DNA of 64,000 nucleotides from Eubacteriales bacterium (GTDB lineage: Bacteria > Bacillota > Clostridia > Oscillospirales > UBA644). The translations under genes and the position numbers were made by a program. Shown in pieces: positions 10,790 through 19,993 of the stretch. Within the stretch, counting starts at the first letter, position 1. Each line of letters begins with the position of its first letter. Location: the NCBI GenBank assembly GCA_045603745.1, contig JAZUMQ010000049.1:64743-128742 (forward strand), given 5' to 3'. A model generated the notes under the pieces. The model was given only the letters and a program-made list of their open reading frames with translations, was not told the DNA's origin and did no database searches.

Positions 10790-10829
10790 ATTGAAAAAAG
10801 CGGTGCTTATTAAAACGGTGAGGGATTTT

Positions 10830-12047
10830 ATGAAAGAAATCAAGACTTGTTTGCTGTTGGGCGTGACCGACCGTCCCGATGCGGAAGCGTCCATGGCGGA
10901 ATTGGAACAACTGGCTCAAACGGCGGGGCTGGAGGTTCGGGGCGTTTTGTTGCAACAACGGACGAAGCCGGACAACGCCACCTATATCGGTTCGGGAAAA
11001 ACCGAAGAGATGCGGGAATTTATTGAACAAAATGAAATTTCCCTCGTCATCGCAAACGCAGAGTTGACCGCCGGGCAGATCCGTAATCTGGAAGATCGGT
11101 TAGATGCGGCGGTTATCGACCGAACGATGCTGATTCTGGATATTTTTGCGGGGCGCGCCCAATCGGCGGAAGGAAGATTGCAGGTAGAATTAGCACAATT
11201 AAAATACCGTCTTCCCCGTTTGGCGGGGCTGGGCGAAAGCCTTTCCCGACTTGGAGGAGGAATCGGAACCCGAGGTCCCGGAGAAACGAAGTTGGAGACC
11301 GACCGCCGGCATATCCGCAGACGAATCAAAGCGCTGGAATCCGCGTTGGAAGAAGTAAAACAACATCGGCAAACCGTTCGCCGGGGACGGACTCGAATCG
11401 GGAAAGTAACCGCAGCGCTGGTGGGATACACAAACGCAGGAAAATCCACGCTATTGAACTATCTGTGCGGAAGTGAAGTTTATGCAGAAGATCAGTTATT
11501 TGCAACCCTCGACCCCACCGTCCGAAAGATGGAAGGATTGAAAGGACAGGAAATTCTGCTCTCCGACACCGTAGGATTTTTGCGAGATTTGCCTCACACC
11601 TTGATCGACGCATTTCGCTCCACGTTGGAAGAATCGTTATCGGCAGACTTACTTTTATTGGTAGTAGATGCAGCAGACCCGGAAGCAGATGCCCGATTCA
11701 CCGTGGTGCGGGAATTGTTGCACACCTTGGAAGCGGATCAAAAACCCATTTTTTTGGTTTTAAACAAGGTTGATAAAGCAGAAATCAACGACCTTGCCCC
11801 CTTTTATGCCATCGGTTCCAAAGAAAAAATGCGGGTCTTCCCTGTCTCGGCAAAAACCGGAAAGGGTTGTGAAGAACTGAAACTTGCTCTGGCACGGCAT
11901 TTTGCGGGAGAATACGAAAAAACCGTTATTGTTCCCTTCAAAGACGGCGCAAAATTGGCGGAACTGTATCGAGATAAAGTCATCTTACGTCGGGAAGAAA
12001 CCGACGAGGGAATTAAGATCACCTACGCAACGAAAGAAATGCAATAA
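10830..12047 (+). CDS. hflX: GTPase HflX
   Basis: Track ORF 10791..12047 begins with TTG inside the promoter. I prefer ATG 10830 behind GGTGAGGG. G motifs GYTNAGKST and DTVGF are present, plus the HflX N-domain. Confidence 0.9.
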   Translation: MKEIKTCLLLGVTDRPDAEASMAELEQLAQTAGLEVRGVLLQQRTKPDNATYIGSGKTEEMREFIEQNEISLVIANAELTAGQIRNLEDRLDAAVIDRTMLILDIFAGRAQSAEGRLQVELAQLKYRLPRLAGLGESLSRLGGGIGTRGPGETKLETDRRHIRRRIKALESALEEVKQHRQTVRRGRTRIGKVTAALVGYTNAGKSTLLNYLCGSEVYAEDQLFATLDPTVRKMEGLKGQEILLSDTVGFLRDLPHTLIDAFRSTLEESLSADLLLLVVDAADPEADARFTVVRELLHTLEADQKPIFLVLNKVDKAEINDLAPFYAIGSKEKMRVFPVSAKTGKGCEELKLALARHFAGEYEKTVIVPFKDGAKLAELYRDKVILRREETDEGIKITYATKEMQ

Positions 12048-12052
12048 AAAAA

Positions 12053-12082
12053 AACTGAACCGATTTGGTTCAGTTTCTTTTT
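12053..12082. terminator. Bidirectional terminator between hflX and the small Cys-rich gene
   Basis: AACTGAACC-gattt-GGTTCAGTT flanked by A7 on the left and TCTTTTTT on the right. Confidence 0.65.
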
Positions 12083-12273
12083 TAATTCTGTTTCTGTACA
12101 CTTTTGTATTCGTCGTGCCAACGGAAATAGGGGCAGGTAGAACCGGGGCGGGAATAATGCAACGCCTCGTCTTCATCTAACATAACCGTGCAAGCCATAC
12201 AACCGAAACTTTCATCAAATTCATAGTACAGACAGCACTCACAACGGCTTTGGGGTTTCTTTTTTTCTGCCAT
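12082..12273 (-). CDS. Small cysteine-rich protein (63 aa), function unknown
   Basis: MAEKKKPQSRCECCLYYEFDESFGCMACTV...STCPYF, with six Cys. Its ATG lies 2 nt after the galT stop, suggesting translational coupling. Confidence 0.6.
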   Translation of the reverse strand: MAEKKKPQSRCECCLYYEFDESFGCMACTVMLDEDEALHYSRPGSTCPYFRWHDEYKSVQKQN

Positions 12274-12275
12274 AT

Positions 12276-13775
12276 TTAGAGATTTTCCTTTACAAAAGAT
12301 TCAAAAGCGACGCTTCCGTCTGTCGTATCTGGGAACACTGCTGTATTCCGCAAAATTTCAAAACAAACCTCGTTAACCCGATGACGGATCACTTCTTTTG
12401 CCTCACCCTCGGAAAGGTGATTTCCGTGACGTGAAAGAAGCAGGGAAATCATGTCTGCGTGAATCTTCATATCGTCCGGAAGAAGTGCGGGATCGTATTC
12501 TTTTCCGCAAAGGTACTGCACCGCTTCGATGAACAGTTGACGATTGAGTCGGGCGGGGAGAATAAATAACCCCATGGCTTCAATCAGGCCGATACTTTCT
12601 TTTTTGATATTGTGATATTCGGGGTGAGCGTGGAAAATGCCATCAGGGTATTGCTCCGAAACCCGATTGTTCCGCAGAATCAGATCAACAATATACCCGG
12701 TTTCGGTCTTACGAACCACAGGGGAACAGGAATTGTGTTTCTCTCCATCGCTTTCCGCATAGATTCCCAGAGCCGTGTTGGTATAATTTCGCCATGCCTC
12801 AATTAGTTTGCAAGCGGTAGAAATAATGGCGTTTCGATCTTTCGATTCCAAACGAACGGTTGAGTTAAACCATTCCAAAATGCTGACCTTCACCGTGGCT
12901 CCCGGTTTGGAAATCACCGTTCTGTCAACGGCAACGTGCATGGGCATTTTTTCCGTCCCGCCTTGGTAGTGGTCGTGCACCAACAAAGAACCGCCGATCC
13001 GAGGCAATGCGGCGTTGGAACCGATAAAATAATGGGGATATTGATCGACGAAATCCACCAACCGACGCAGAGCGGTGGAATTGACAATCATAGGAGTGTG
13101 TTCCGTATTGATGATAATGGCGTGTTCTGCAAAATAAGCATAGGGAGAATATTGCCAAAAACAAGGCTGACCGTCCAAAGTAACGTCAATCGTGCGCAGC
13201 GTATCCCGGACGGTACCGTGACCGGAAAATCCTTCGTTCTGGCGACAAATGACGCAAGAGGGATAACCGCTGGGCTTTTGCTTCAAGGCGGCGGCAGATT
13301 TTTTGTTATCCACTTCCGGCTTGGAAAGATTGACGGTGATAATCAAATTCGATTTCTCTCCCACCGCTTCCCACCGAAGATTACGGGCGATGGCGGAACG
13401 TTTGACGTAATCGTTCTTTTCGCAGTAATCGTGGAACCAATCGGTGGCGGTTTGGGGGGAAATTGCGTATTTTTCCTCGAAAATTTTCTGCAATTCGGAA
13501 GGACGCAACGAAACCGTATCCATCAACCGTGCGGCAAAGGCTTCACCCTGTCCTTCGTCGATAATTTTCTCTTGCAGGGCATATTCCAAAATGGGAGCCA
13601 AAATATCGTCGGGTCCGGTCATTCCCTCCACGGAAGGAACAGGCTCGTCAACACCGCGATCGTCCAATCCAAGAAGGAACAACAGGCGGTTAAAAATATA
13701 ATATTCGTCCCGGGGGGAGAGCATCAAATAGGCTTTTGCGTAATTGACAAGTTGTTTCAAGCAGGTTTGTATCAT
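12276..13775 (-). CDS. galT: UDP-glucose--hexose-1-phosphate uridylyltransferase (GalT, long Firmicutes type)
   Basis: Starts at internal ATG 13773-13775 (MIQTCLKQLVNYAKAYL...). About 499 aa. Motifs YPSCVICRQNEGF and LLVHDHYQGG are typical of type-2 GalT. Confidence 0.9.
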   Translation of the reverse strand: MIQTCLKQLVNYAKAYLMLSPRDEYYIFNRLLFLLGLDDRGVDEPVPSVEGMTGPDDILAPILEYALQEKIIDEGQGEAFAARLMDTVSLRPSELQKIFEEKYAISPQTATDWFHDYCEKNDYVKRSAIARNLRWEAVGEKSNLIITVNLSKPEVDNKKSAAALKQKPSGYPSCVICRQNEGFSGHGTVRDTLRTIDVTLDGQPCFWQYSPYAYFAEHAIIINTEHTPMIVNSTALRRLVDFVDQYPHYFIGSNAALPRIGGSLLVHDHYQGGTEKMPMHVAVDRTVISKPGATVKVSILEWFNSTVRLESKDRNAIISTACKLIEAWRNYTNTALGIYAESDGEKHNSCSPVVRKTETGYIVDLILRNNRVSEQYPDGIFHAHPEYHNIKKESIGLIEAMGLFILPARLNRQLFIEAVQYLCGKEYDPALLPDDMKIHADMISLLLSRHGNHLSEGEAKEVIRHRVNEVCFEILRNTAVFPDTTDGSVAFESFVKENL

Positions 13776-13846
13776 AATCGAGGGATCCCTTTCTTTCCTA
13801 TACAATACATTATACCGCATTTTTCCAAATTTGTCAACGAAGAATT

Positions 13847-15676
13847 TTATTTTTTGGAAAGAGTTCGCATAGCGTTAAGAATGGCGATCACCGAAACGCC
13901 CACGTCGGCAAAGACGGCGTGCCACATATTGGCAACCCCAACGGCACAGAGAATCATCACCAAAATTTTAATTACGATGGAAAAAATCATATTTTCCATC
14001 ACGATCCGATGGGTCTTGCGCGCCAAAGAGACGGCTTTGGGTAAAGCGGAAAGATCGTCCTGCATCAACACAACGTCCGAAGCTTCAATGGCGGCATCGG
14101 AACCGATTCCTCCCATCGCAATGCCCACATCGGCGGTGGTCATGACCGGAGCATCGTTCATACCGTCGCCCACAAAAACTACGGAACCTCTTGCATCAGC
14201 AGAGATCTCTTGCAAGGCAGAAACTTTATCCTGGGGCAACAAATTCGCCCGAACGTTGTCAATGCCTAATTGTTTTGCCACGTCGTTTGCGGCAGAAATT
14301 CCGTCTCCGGTCAACATCACAATACGTTGAATTCCGAGACGGCGCAAAGAATCAATCGTTTGAATCGCGTTTTCTTTCACCCGATCGGAAATGGTAATCA
14401 CGCCGAGGCATTCTTCTTTGTTTGCCACATAAATATGAGTTCCGGAGGATTGGACGGATTTGAGAGAATATCCTTTTTGCAAAAGCCAATCCTCTTTTCC
14501 GACGAAATAGGGAACGCCGTCCACCTTGGCAGAAACACCGACTCCGGCGATTTCTTCAAACTCGCAGACCCGATCTTCCGACAACGTGCCACCCCACCCT
14601 TCCCGAAGAGACCGGGCGATAGGGTGATTGGAAAATTGCTCGCATAAAGCGGCGATTTCCAAGACAAACTCCGGATCTTTTGCGTCGATGGACGTGACCT
14701 CAAAAACACCTTTGGTCAGCGTTCCGGTTTTATCGAATACCACCGTATCGACCCTTGCCAAGGCTTCCAGCCGGTCGGAACCTTTGACCAAGATTCCCTT
14801 GCGGGAAGCCCCGCCGATGCCCCCGAAATAAGACAAGGGCACGGAAATGACCAAGGCACAGGGGCAGGAGACCACCAAAAATTCCAAGGCGCGGTGGATC
14901 CACGTTGCCCAATCTCCCCCGAACAACGGGGGCAAAATGCCCACCAACAACGCCACGGCGATGACGATGGGGGTGTACCAGCGGGCAAAGGAGGTGACGA
15001 AGGATTCGGATTTGGAACGGTGAGCGGCGGCGTCTTCCACCAATGCCAAAATCTTCGAGGCGGTGCTTTCGCCGAATTCTTTCTCTGCCCGGAAGATCAA
15101 AACTCCGGTGAGGTTGACGCAACCGCTTAAAATCGAATCCCCGACCGACACGTCTCGGGGAACCGATTCTCCGGTCAAAGAGCGGGTGTCAAGAGACGAA
15201 TTTCCGTCTAAAATCGTGCCGTCCAAGGGGATCTTCTCTCCGGGCAGAACCCGAACCGATTCTCCGATGGCAATTTCTTCGGGGGAAACGACGACCCATT
15301 CGCCGCCGCGTAACACGGTCGCTTCCTCGGGGCAGAGAGACATCAACTCGCTGACCGATGCCCGGCTTTTGCCCACGGCGTAGGATTCAAACAATTCCCC
15401 CACCCGATAGAATAACACCACCGCAACCCCTTCCGGGTATTCGCCCAAAACGAAAGCCCCCACCGACGCGATTGCCATCAGGAAGTTTTCGTCCATTATC
15501 TGTCCCCGGAAGACCGACGTTACGGCGTTTTTCAACACAGGAAACCCCACCAAAAGGTAAGGAACGATAAAGGCGATGGCGCGCCACATTCCCGACAGGG
15601 GAAGTACGCACGCCACGGCGAACAAAAAGGCAGATAAAAGAATTTGGGCGAGCATGGTTTTTTGCTTTTTGGTCAT
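13847..15676 (-). CDS. Heavy-metal translocating P1B-type ATPase (Cd/Zn/Co type) lacking an N-terminal HMA domain
   Basis: 609 aa with the CPC transmembrane metal site (VVSCPCALV), DKTGTLT, TGD and GDGMNDAP. Confidence 0.92.
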   Translation of the reverse strand: MTKKQKTMLAQILLSAFLFAVACVLPLSGMWRAIAFIVPYLLVGFPVLKNAVTSVFRGQIMDENFLMAIASVGAFVLGEYPEGVAVVLFYRVGELFESYAVGKSRASVSELMSLCPEEATVLRGGEWVVVSPEEIAIGESVRVLPGEKIPLDGTILDGNSSLDTRSLTGESVPRDVSVGDSILSGCVNLTGVLIFRAEKEFGESTASKILALVEDAAAHRSKSESFVTSFARWYTPIVIAVALLVGILPPLFGGDWATWIHRALEFLVVSCPCALVISVPLSYFGGIGGASRKGILVKGSDRLEALARVDTVVFDKTGTLTKGVFEVTSIDAKDPEFVLEIAALCEQFSNHPIARSLREGWGGTLSEDRVCEFEEIAGVGVSAKVDGVPYFVGKEDWLLQKGYSLKSVQSSGTHIYVANKEECLGVITISDRVKENAIQTIDSLRRLGIQRIVMLTGDGISAANDVAKQLGIDNVRANLLPQDKVSALQEISADARGSVVFVGDGMNDAPVMTTADVGIAMGGIGSDAAIEASDVVLMQDDLSALPKAVSLARKTHRIVMENMIFSIVIKILVMILCAVGVANMWHAVFADVGVSVIAILNAMRTLSKK

Positions 15677-15891
15677 TGGACGATCTCACAATCCGGCTCG
15701 ACTTTTTTCGCCACTTTTTTTGCTTCGGTAAGTACGGTTTCCAACGCACCGTCTTCCACTTCCAGGTTCAATTTTTGAACCATGAACAGGATTTTTGCGT
15801 CGATGACACCGGGAATCTTTTTGATTCCGTCTTCGATTTTTCGGGCACAGTTGGCGCAACAAAGGTTTTGAATTTTATAAGATTTTTTCAT
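15673..15891 (-). CDS. Stand-alone heavy-metal-associated (HMA) domain protein
   Basis: Starts at ATG 15889-15891 (MKKSYKIQNLCCANCARKIEDGIKKIPGV...). About 72 aa with a CxxC metal-binding loop. ATGA overlap with the ATPase start. Confidence 0.8.
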   Translation of the reverse strand: MKKSYKIQNLCCANCARKIEDGIKKIPGVIDAKILFMVQKLNLEVEDGALETVLTEAKKVAKKVEPDCEIVQ

Positions 15892-15913
15892 GATGTTTTT
15901 CTCCGTTTTTTCT

Positions 15914-16288
15914 TTATTCTTCGATGTGATCCATTCCCTGACCGATGATGGTACGGACGTGGTCGTCTGCCAAGGAATAAAAGACCGTCTTCCCTTCCCG
16001 GCGGGATTTGACAAGGCGGGATTGCTTCAACACCCGCAACTGATGGGAAATGGCGGAAACGGTCATGTTCAGACATTGGGCGATGTCGCACACGCAGACT
16101 TCCGCCTCAAAGAGTACGTACAAAATTTTGATCCGGGTGGAATCCCCAAAAACTTTGTACAACTCCGCCAAGTCGTACAGGGTTTCTTCCGGGGGCATCT
16201 CTGCCCGAACTTTTTCGATCACGTCGGGATGGACGTGCATATATTCGCAGGTTTCGTTTTCGGGACAAGCATGATTGTGATCTGCCAT
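15914..16288 (-). CDS. ArsR/SmtB family metalloregulator
   Basis: 124 aa with the winged-HTH core LFKVFGDSTRIKILYVLFEAEVCVCDIAQCLNMTVSAISHQLRVLK and an N-terminal Cys/His-rich arm. Confidence 0.9.
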   Translation of the reverse strand: MADHNHACPENETCEYMHVHPDVIEKVRAEMPPEETLYDLAELYKVFGDSTRIKILYVLFEAEVCVCDIAQCLNMTVSAISHQLRVLKQSRLVKSRREGKTVFYSLADDHVRTIIGQGMDHIEE

Positions 16289-16312
16289 AACAAACTCCTT
16301 TCAAAAAGACAC

Positions 16313-16382
16313 TTGAACCATCGTTCAAATGTATTATACGCCACAAAACCAAAAATGTCAATACATTTGAACAACTGTTCAA
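16313..16382 (-). promoter_or_regulatory. arsR promoter flanked by two ArsR-type operators
   Basis: On the minus strand: TTGACA (16356-16361), 17 nt, TATAAT (16333-16338). The palindromes TTGAAC-n4-GTTCAA at 16367-16382 (abutting -35) and 16313-16328 (downstream of -10) share the flank CATTTGAAC...GTTCAA. Confidence 0.65.
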
Positions 16383-16687
16383 ATGATTGTCACAAAAAAA
16401 ACAAAGATTAACAAACATAATTAAATGTGATAGAATATAATCACATTCTGCACAATGGAGAAAAAGATTACAGAAGGAGCAGTCAAGAAAACTCATGAAT
16501 AATATGACTATTTCAAAACACTCAGTAAAGGGAGTTTTATTGGACATATAATTTTGTATAATATAATTACACTCAAACATAACAGGAGGAAAGTATTGTG
16601 GTATATTGCAGCGCCTTATCCGTTACGTTTTGATGTTCATTTTTATTTGTGAAAGTAGTGATGCCTTTGAGAGTTTAATATTTTTGA

Positions 16688-16716
16688 TTGACAAAGAATT
16701 AAAAATATAGTATAAT
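16688..16716 (+). promoter_or_regulatory. Perfect consensus promoter of the toxin/immunity pair
   Basis: TTGACA (16688-16693), exactly 17 nt, TATAAT (16711-16716), then SD AAAGGAGAG and ATG 16730. Confidence 0.65.
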
Positions 16717-16729
16717 AAAAGGAGAGAAA

Positions 16730-17302
16730 ATGGCGGAAAACTTCATAAGAAACTGGTTAGACAACATTCTTCAGGATAGAAACCTCAGCGGAAATAGTCT
16801 TAAATGGGCAAACTGGATGTCTCAATTAACTCTTACTACGTGCCAATTTTGTTTTGAGCAACACGGAAAAATTGTTAATATTTCTGTCTTGAAAAATAAA
16901 CTCGCAGTGGAAGCACATCCTAACTGCAAGTGTGTTTATGTTCCTATGAGAACGAAAAAGATAGGCACAGCTACAAACAAAGGGGTTAATGGTGCCGATG
17001 CTCAGTTGTTTTATTTAAAAAAATTACCCAGTTATTACGTTAACAAAAAGACTGCCTATGCTGCAGAATGGAAAAAAACACACAAACATTTAGATGATGC
17101 ATTGCCAGGTAAAATGTTAGGTGGGGATATCTATTATAACAATGACTTGAAACTCCCCAACGTACCGGGTAGAATCTGGTATGAGGCTGATATAAACTAT
17201 AATGGTGGAAAACGAAACAAAGAAAGAATACTATACTCAAATGACGGCTTGCTCTTTGTTACATATGACCATTATCAAACGTTTTATGAAATATCGCAAT
17301 AA
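16730..17302 (+). CDS. Barnase-family ribonuclease toxin with an N-terminal MuF/SPP1-gp7-like CxxC...HPNCKC element
   Basis: The C-terminal ~105 aa align with barnase (GGDIYYNNDLKLPNVPGRIWYEADINYNGGKRNKERILYSNDGLLFVTYDHYQTFYEI). Catalytic Glu, two Arg and His are conserved. The N-terminus has TCQFCFEQHGK...HPNCKCVYVP and no signal peptide. Confidence 0.85.
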   Translation: MAENFIRNWLDNILQDRNLSGNSLKWANWMSQLTLTTCQFCFEQHGKIVNISVLKNKLAVEAHPNCKCVYVPMRTKKIGTATNKGVNGADAQLFYLKKLPSYYVNKKTAYAAEWKKTHKHLDDALPGKMLGGDIYYNNDLKLPNVPGRIWYEADINYNGGKRNKERILYSNDGLLFVTYDHYQTFYEISQ

Positions 17303-17313
17303 GGAGTTTTGTA

Positions 17314-17631
17314 ATGGCGCAGAAGAAATACATAATTGATTTTTGTAACGTTAATCACTATTTAGAGATGCATAAGGTCATTAAAGAATCTTTGAATTTT
17401 CCCGATTATTACGGGTGCAACTGGTCTGCCTTTTGGGATTGCCTGACCGACATGTACGGGGAACCCATTCATATTGAAATTATAGGTCTTGAAGTAATTG
17501 AGCGTAAGTTTGAAGATGCTGCGGATCAAATAGTAACTATCCTGAAAAGATTCAAGCATTACGAAGCGTCCTTTGAAAAGGATATACGAATTGAATTTAT
17601 TAGCGGAAATATGCGCATAGAAATCGAATAA
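17314..17631 (+). CDS. Barstar-family RNase inhibitor (immunity protein)
   Basis: 105 aa. LNFPDYYGCNWSAFWDCLTD matches barstar [28 protein letters not shown] lies 11 nt after the toxin stop. Confidence 0.85.
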   Translation: MAQKKYIIDFCNVNHYLEMHKVIKESLNFPDYYGCNWSAFWDCLTDMYGEPIHIEIIGLEVIERKFEDAADQIVTILKRFKHYEASFEKDIRIEFISGNMRIEIE

Positions 17632-17650
17632 ATAAGTTCGAATAATGCTG

Positions 17651-17682
17651 AAATGAGGTCGAGTTAATTCTCGACCTCATTT
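17651..17682. terminator. Bidirectional terminator between barstar and rdgB
   Basis: AAATGAGGTCGAG-ttaatt-CTCGACCTCATTT, a 13-bp perfect stem including A/T runs. Confidence 0.75.
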
Positions 17683-17707
17683 TCATATTCTAATTTATTG
17701 TCTTATT

Positions 17708-18301
17708 TCAGTTATCCTTTTCGCCCTTGTCGAGTTTTTCGACCAAGGCGTTCAAGGCTTTTGCCCGGTGGCTGATGCGGTTTTTCTCTTCGGGAGAGAT
17801 TTGGGCGGCGGTTTTGCCGTATTCGGGCAAGAAGAAAATGGGGTCGTAGCCGAAGCCGTTTTCTCCTTGGGGAGTGAAAATAACTTCGCCGTGCATCTCC
17901 CCTTCTGCCGAGACGGTGGTGCCGTCGGGGTACGCCAAAACGATGGCGCAGGAATAATGGGCGGTTTTGTCGGCTTTGTCTTTGAGATTTTTGATGAGCA
18001 ACTGGTTGTTTGCCTCGTCGTCGCCGTGTTGTCCGGAATACCGGGCGGAATAGACACCCGGCTCGTTATTCAGGGCGTGAGCACAGATTCCGCTGTCGTC
18101 TGCCAAGGCGCAACAACCGGAGATCTCCGCGATTTCCGTGGCTTTTTTCCGGGCGTTTTCCATGAAGGTGACACCGTCTTCCACGGTCTCGTGGTCGATT
18201 TGTGCCTCTTTGAGAGAGAGAATTTCTTCAAATCGGTCGCCGAGGATCTGCTTGATCTCCCGAATTTTGTGAGCATTATTGGACGCAATAATCAGTTTCA
18301 T
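17708..18301 (-). CDS. rdgB: dITP/XTP pyrophosphatase (RdgB/HAM1 family)
   Basis: 197 aa: MKLIIASNNAHKIREI..., FGYDPIF. Starts 3 nt after the fhs stop. Confidence 0.92.
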   Translation of the reverse strand: MKLIIASNNAHKIREIKQILGDRFEEILSLKEAQIDHETVEDGVTFMENARKKATEIAEISGCCALADDSGICAHALNNEPGVYSARYSGQHGDDEANNQLLIKNLKDKADKTAHYSCAIVLAYPDGTTVSAEGEMHGEVIFTPQGENGFGYDPIFFLPEYGKTAAQISPEEKNRISHRAKALNALVEKLDKGEKDN

Positions 18302-18304
18302 AGA

Positions 18305-19981
18305 TTAAAACAACCCCGTGATGAGTCCGTTTTCGTCCACGTCGATCCGTTCTGCGGCGGGAACTTTGGGAAGACCGGGCATGGTCATGATATCCCCGGT
18401 GAGAACCACGATAAAGCCGGCACCGGCGGAAACTTTCACGTTACGGACGGTAACGGTGAAGTGTTCGGGCGCGCCCAATTTGGCGGGATCGTCGGAGAAG
18501 GAATACTGGGTTTTGGCAACGCAGATGGGCAGATTGCCGAAACCAAGTTCGGTCAATTTGGCAATTTGTGCCTTGGCGGCGGGAACGATGGTAACGCCGT
18601 CGCCACCGTAGACTTTGCGAACCACGGCGTCGATGCGGTCTTCGATGGTGCCGTCCAACTCGTACGCGAAGGTAAAGTTTCCCTGTTCTTCGTCACAGAG
18701 GCGAACCACTTCTTTTGCCAATTCCACACCGCCGTCGCCTCCATTTGCCCAAACGGTGGAAAGGACGGTATTTACGCCCAATTCACGGCATTTGGCAACG
18801 ATGAAGTCGATTTCCGCATCGGTATCGGTGGGGAAACGGTTGACCGCAACGACACAGGGAAGTTGATAAACGTTTTTGATATTGGAAACGTGGCGCAACA
18901 GGTTGGGAATTCCCTTTTCCAGGGCTTCCAGATCCTCGTTGTTCAGTTCGGTCTTGGCTCTGCCACCGTGCATTTTCAGAGCGCGGACGGTTGCAACCAC
19001 GACCACGGCGTCGGGGGTAAGGCCGGCAGTACGGCACTTAATATCCAAGAATTTTTCCGCACCCAAATCGCCGCCGAATCCGGCTTCGGTGACGGCGTAA
19101 TCGCCCAATTTCATCGCCAATTTAGTGGCAGTAACCGAGTTACAACCGTGGGCGATGTTGGCGAAAGGTCCGCCGTGAACCAGAGCAGGAGTACCTTCCA
19201 AGGTCTGAACCAAGTTGGGTTTCAGAGCGTCTTTCAAAAGAGCCGCCATAGCCCCTTGTGCCTTCAGATCGGCACAGGTGACGGGTTGATCGTCGTAGGT
19301 ATAGCCCACGATGATCTTGGAAAGACGTTCTTTCAGTTCGGTAATGGAACCGGACAGACAGAGAACCGCCATAATTTCGGAAGCAACGGTGATGTCGAAT
19401 CCGTCTTCTCTCGGAACGCCGTTGACCTTGCCGCCCATACCGTCCACAACGAAACGGAGTTGGCGGTCGTTCATATCAACGCAACGCTTCCAAGTGATAC
19501 GACGAGGGTCGATATTCAGGGCATTTCCCTGATGGATATGGTTATCCAGCATCGCCGCCAAAAGGTTGTTGGCAGCGCCGATGGCGTGGAAATCCCCGGT
19601 GAAGTGGAGATTGATGTCTTCCATGGGAACGACCTGGGCGTAACCGCCGCCGGCAGCACCCCCCTTGACCCCGAAGACAGGACCGAGGGAAGGCTCACGC
19701 AGAGCGACCATAACGTTTTTGCCAATCTTCCGAAGACCGTCCGCCAATCCGATGGTGGTAGTGGTCTTCCCTTCCCCGGCAGGGGTGGGAGTCATGGCGG
19801 TAACAAGAATCAATTTTCCGTTTTTGCGATCGCTTTCCTTCATAATGGAAAGGTCGATCTTCGCCTTATATTTACCGTACTGTTCCAAGTATTTGTCGTC
19901 AACGCCGGCAGTTTCGGCGATTTCGGTGATGGGACGGAGTTTGCATTGTTGTGCGATTTCAATATCAGAAAGATATGCCAT
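18305..19981 (-). CDS. fhs: Formate--tetrahydrofolate ligase
   Basis: 558 aa: [18 protein letters not shown]..., [15 protein letters not shown], full length. Confidence 0.95.
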   Translation of the reverse strand: MAYLSDIEIAQQCKLRPITEIAETAGVDDKYLEQYGKYKAKIDLSIMKESDRKNGKLILVTAMTPTPAGEGKTTTTIGLADGLRKIGKNVMVALREPSLGPVFGVKGGAAGGGYAQVVPMEDINLHFTGDFHAIGAANNLLAAMLDNHIHQGNALNIDPRRITWKRCVDMNDRQLRFVVDGMGGKVNGVPREDGFDITVASEIMAVLCLSGSITELKERLSKIIVGYTYDDQPVTCADLKAQGAMAALLKDALKPNLVQTLEGTPALVHGGPFANIAHGCNSVTATKLAMKLGDYAVTEAGFGGDLGAEKFLDIKCRTAGLTPDAVVVVATVRALKMHGGRAKTELNNEDLEALEKGIPNLLRHVSNIKNVYQLPCVVAVNRFPTDTDAEIDFIVAKCRELGVNTVLSTVWANGGDGGVELAKEVVRLCDEEQGNFTFAYELDGTIEDRIDAVVRKVYGGDGVTIVPAAKAQIAKLTELGFGNLPICVAKTQYSFSDDPAKLGAPEHFTVTVRNVKVSAGAGFIVVLTGDIMTMPGLPKVPAAERIDVDENGLITGLF

Positions 19982-19993
19982 AACAAATTCTCC

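Noticed and set aside
16107-16580. 157-aa minus-strand ORF spanning arsR and the AT-rich islet.
   Set aside because: It is out of frame over the well-supported arsR gene and its promoter/operators. The sequence is Cys/Phe/Leu-rich and typical of AT-rich noise.
16386-17707. The islet as a prophage, IS element or integrative element.
   Set aside because: No integrase, transposase or structural gene is present. I found no terminal inverted repeats or flanking direct repeats. Only the MuF-derived knuckle hints at phage ancestry, so I report it as an orphan toxin/immunity islet.
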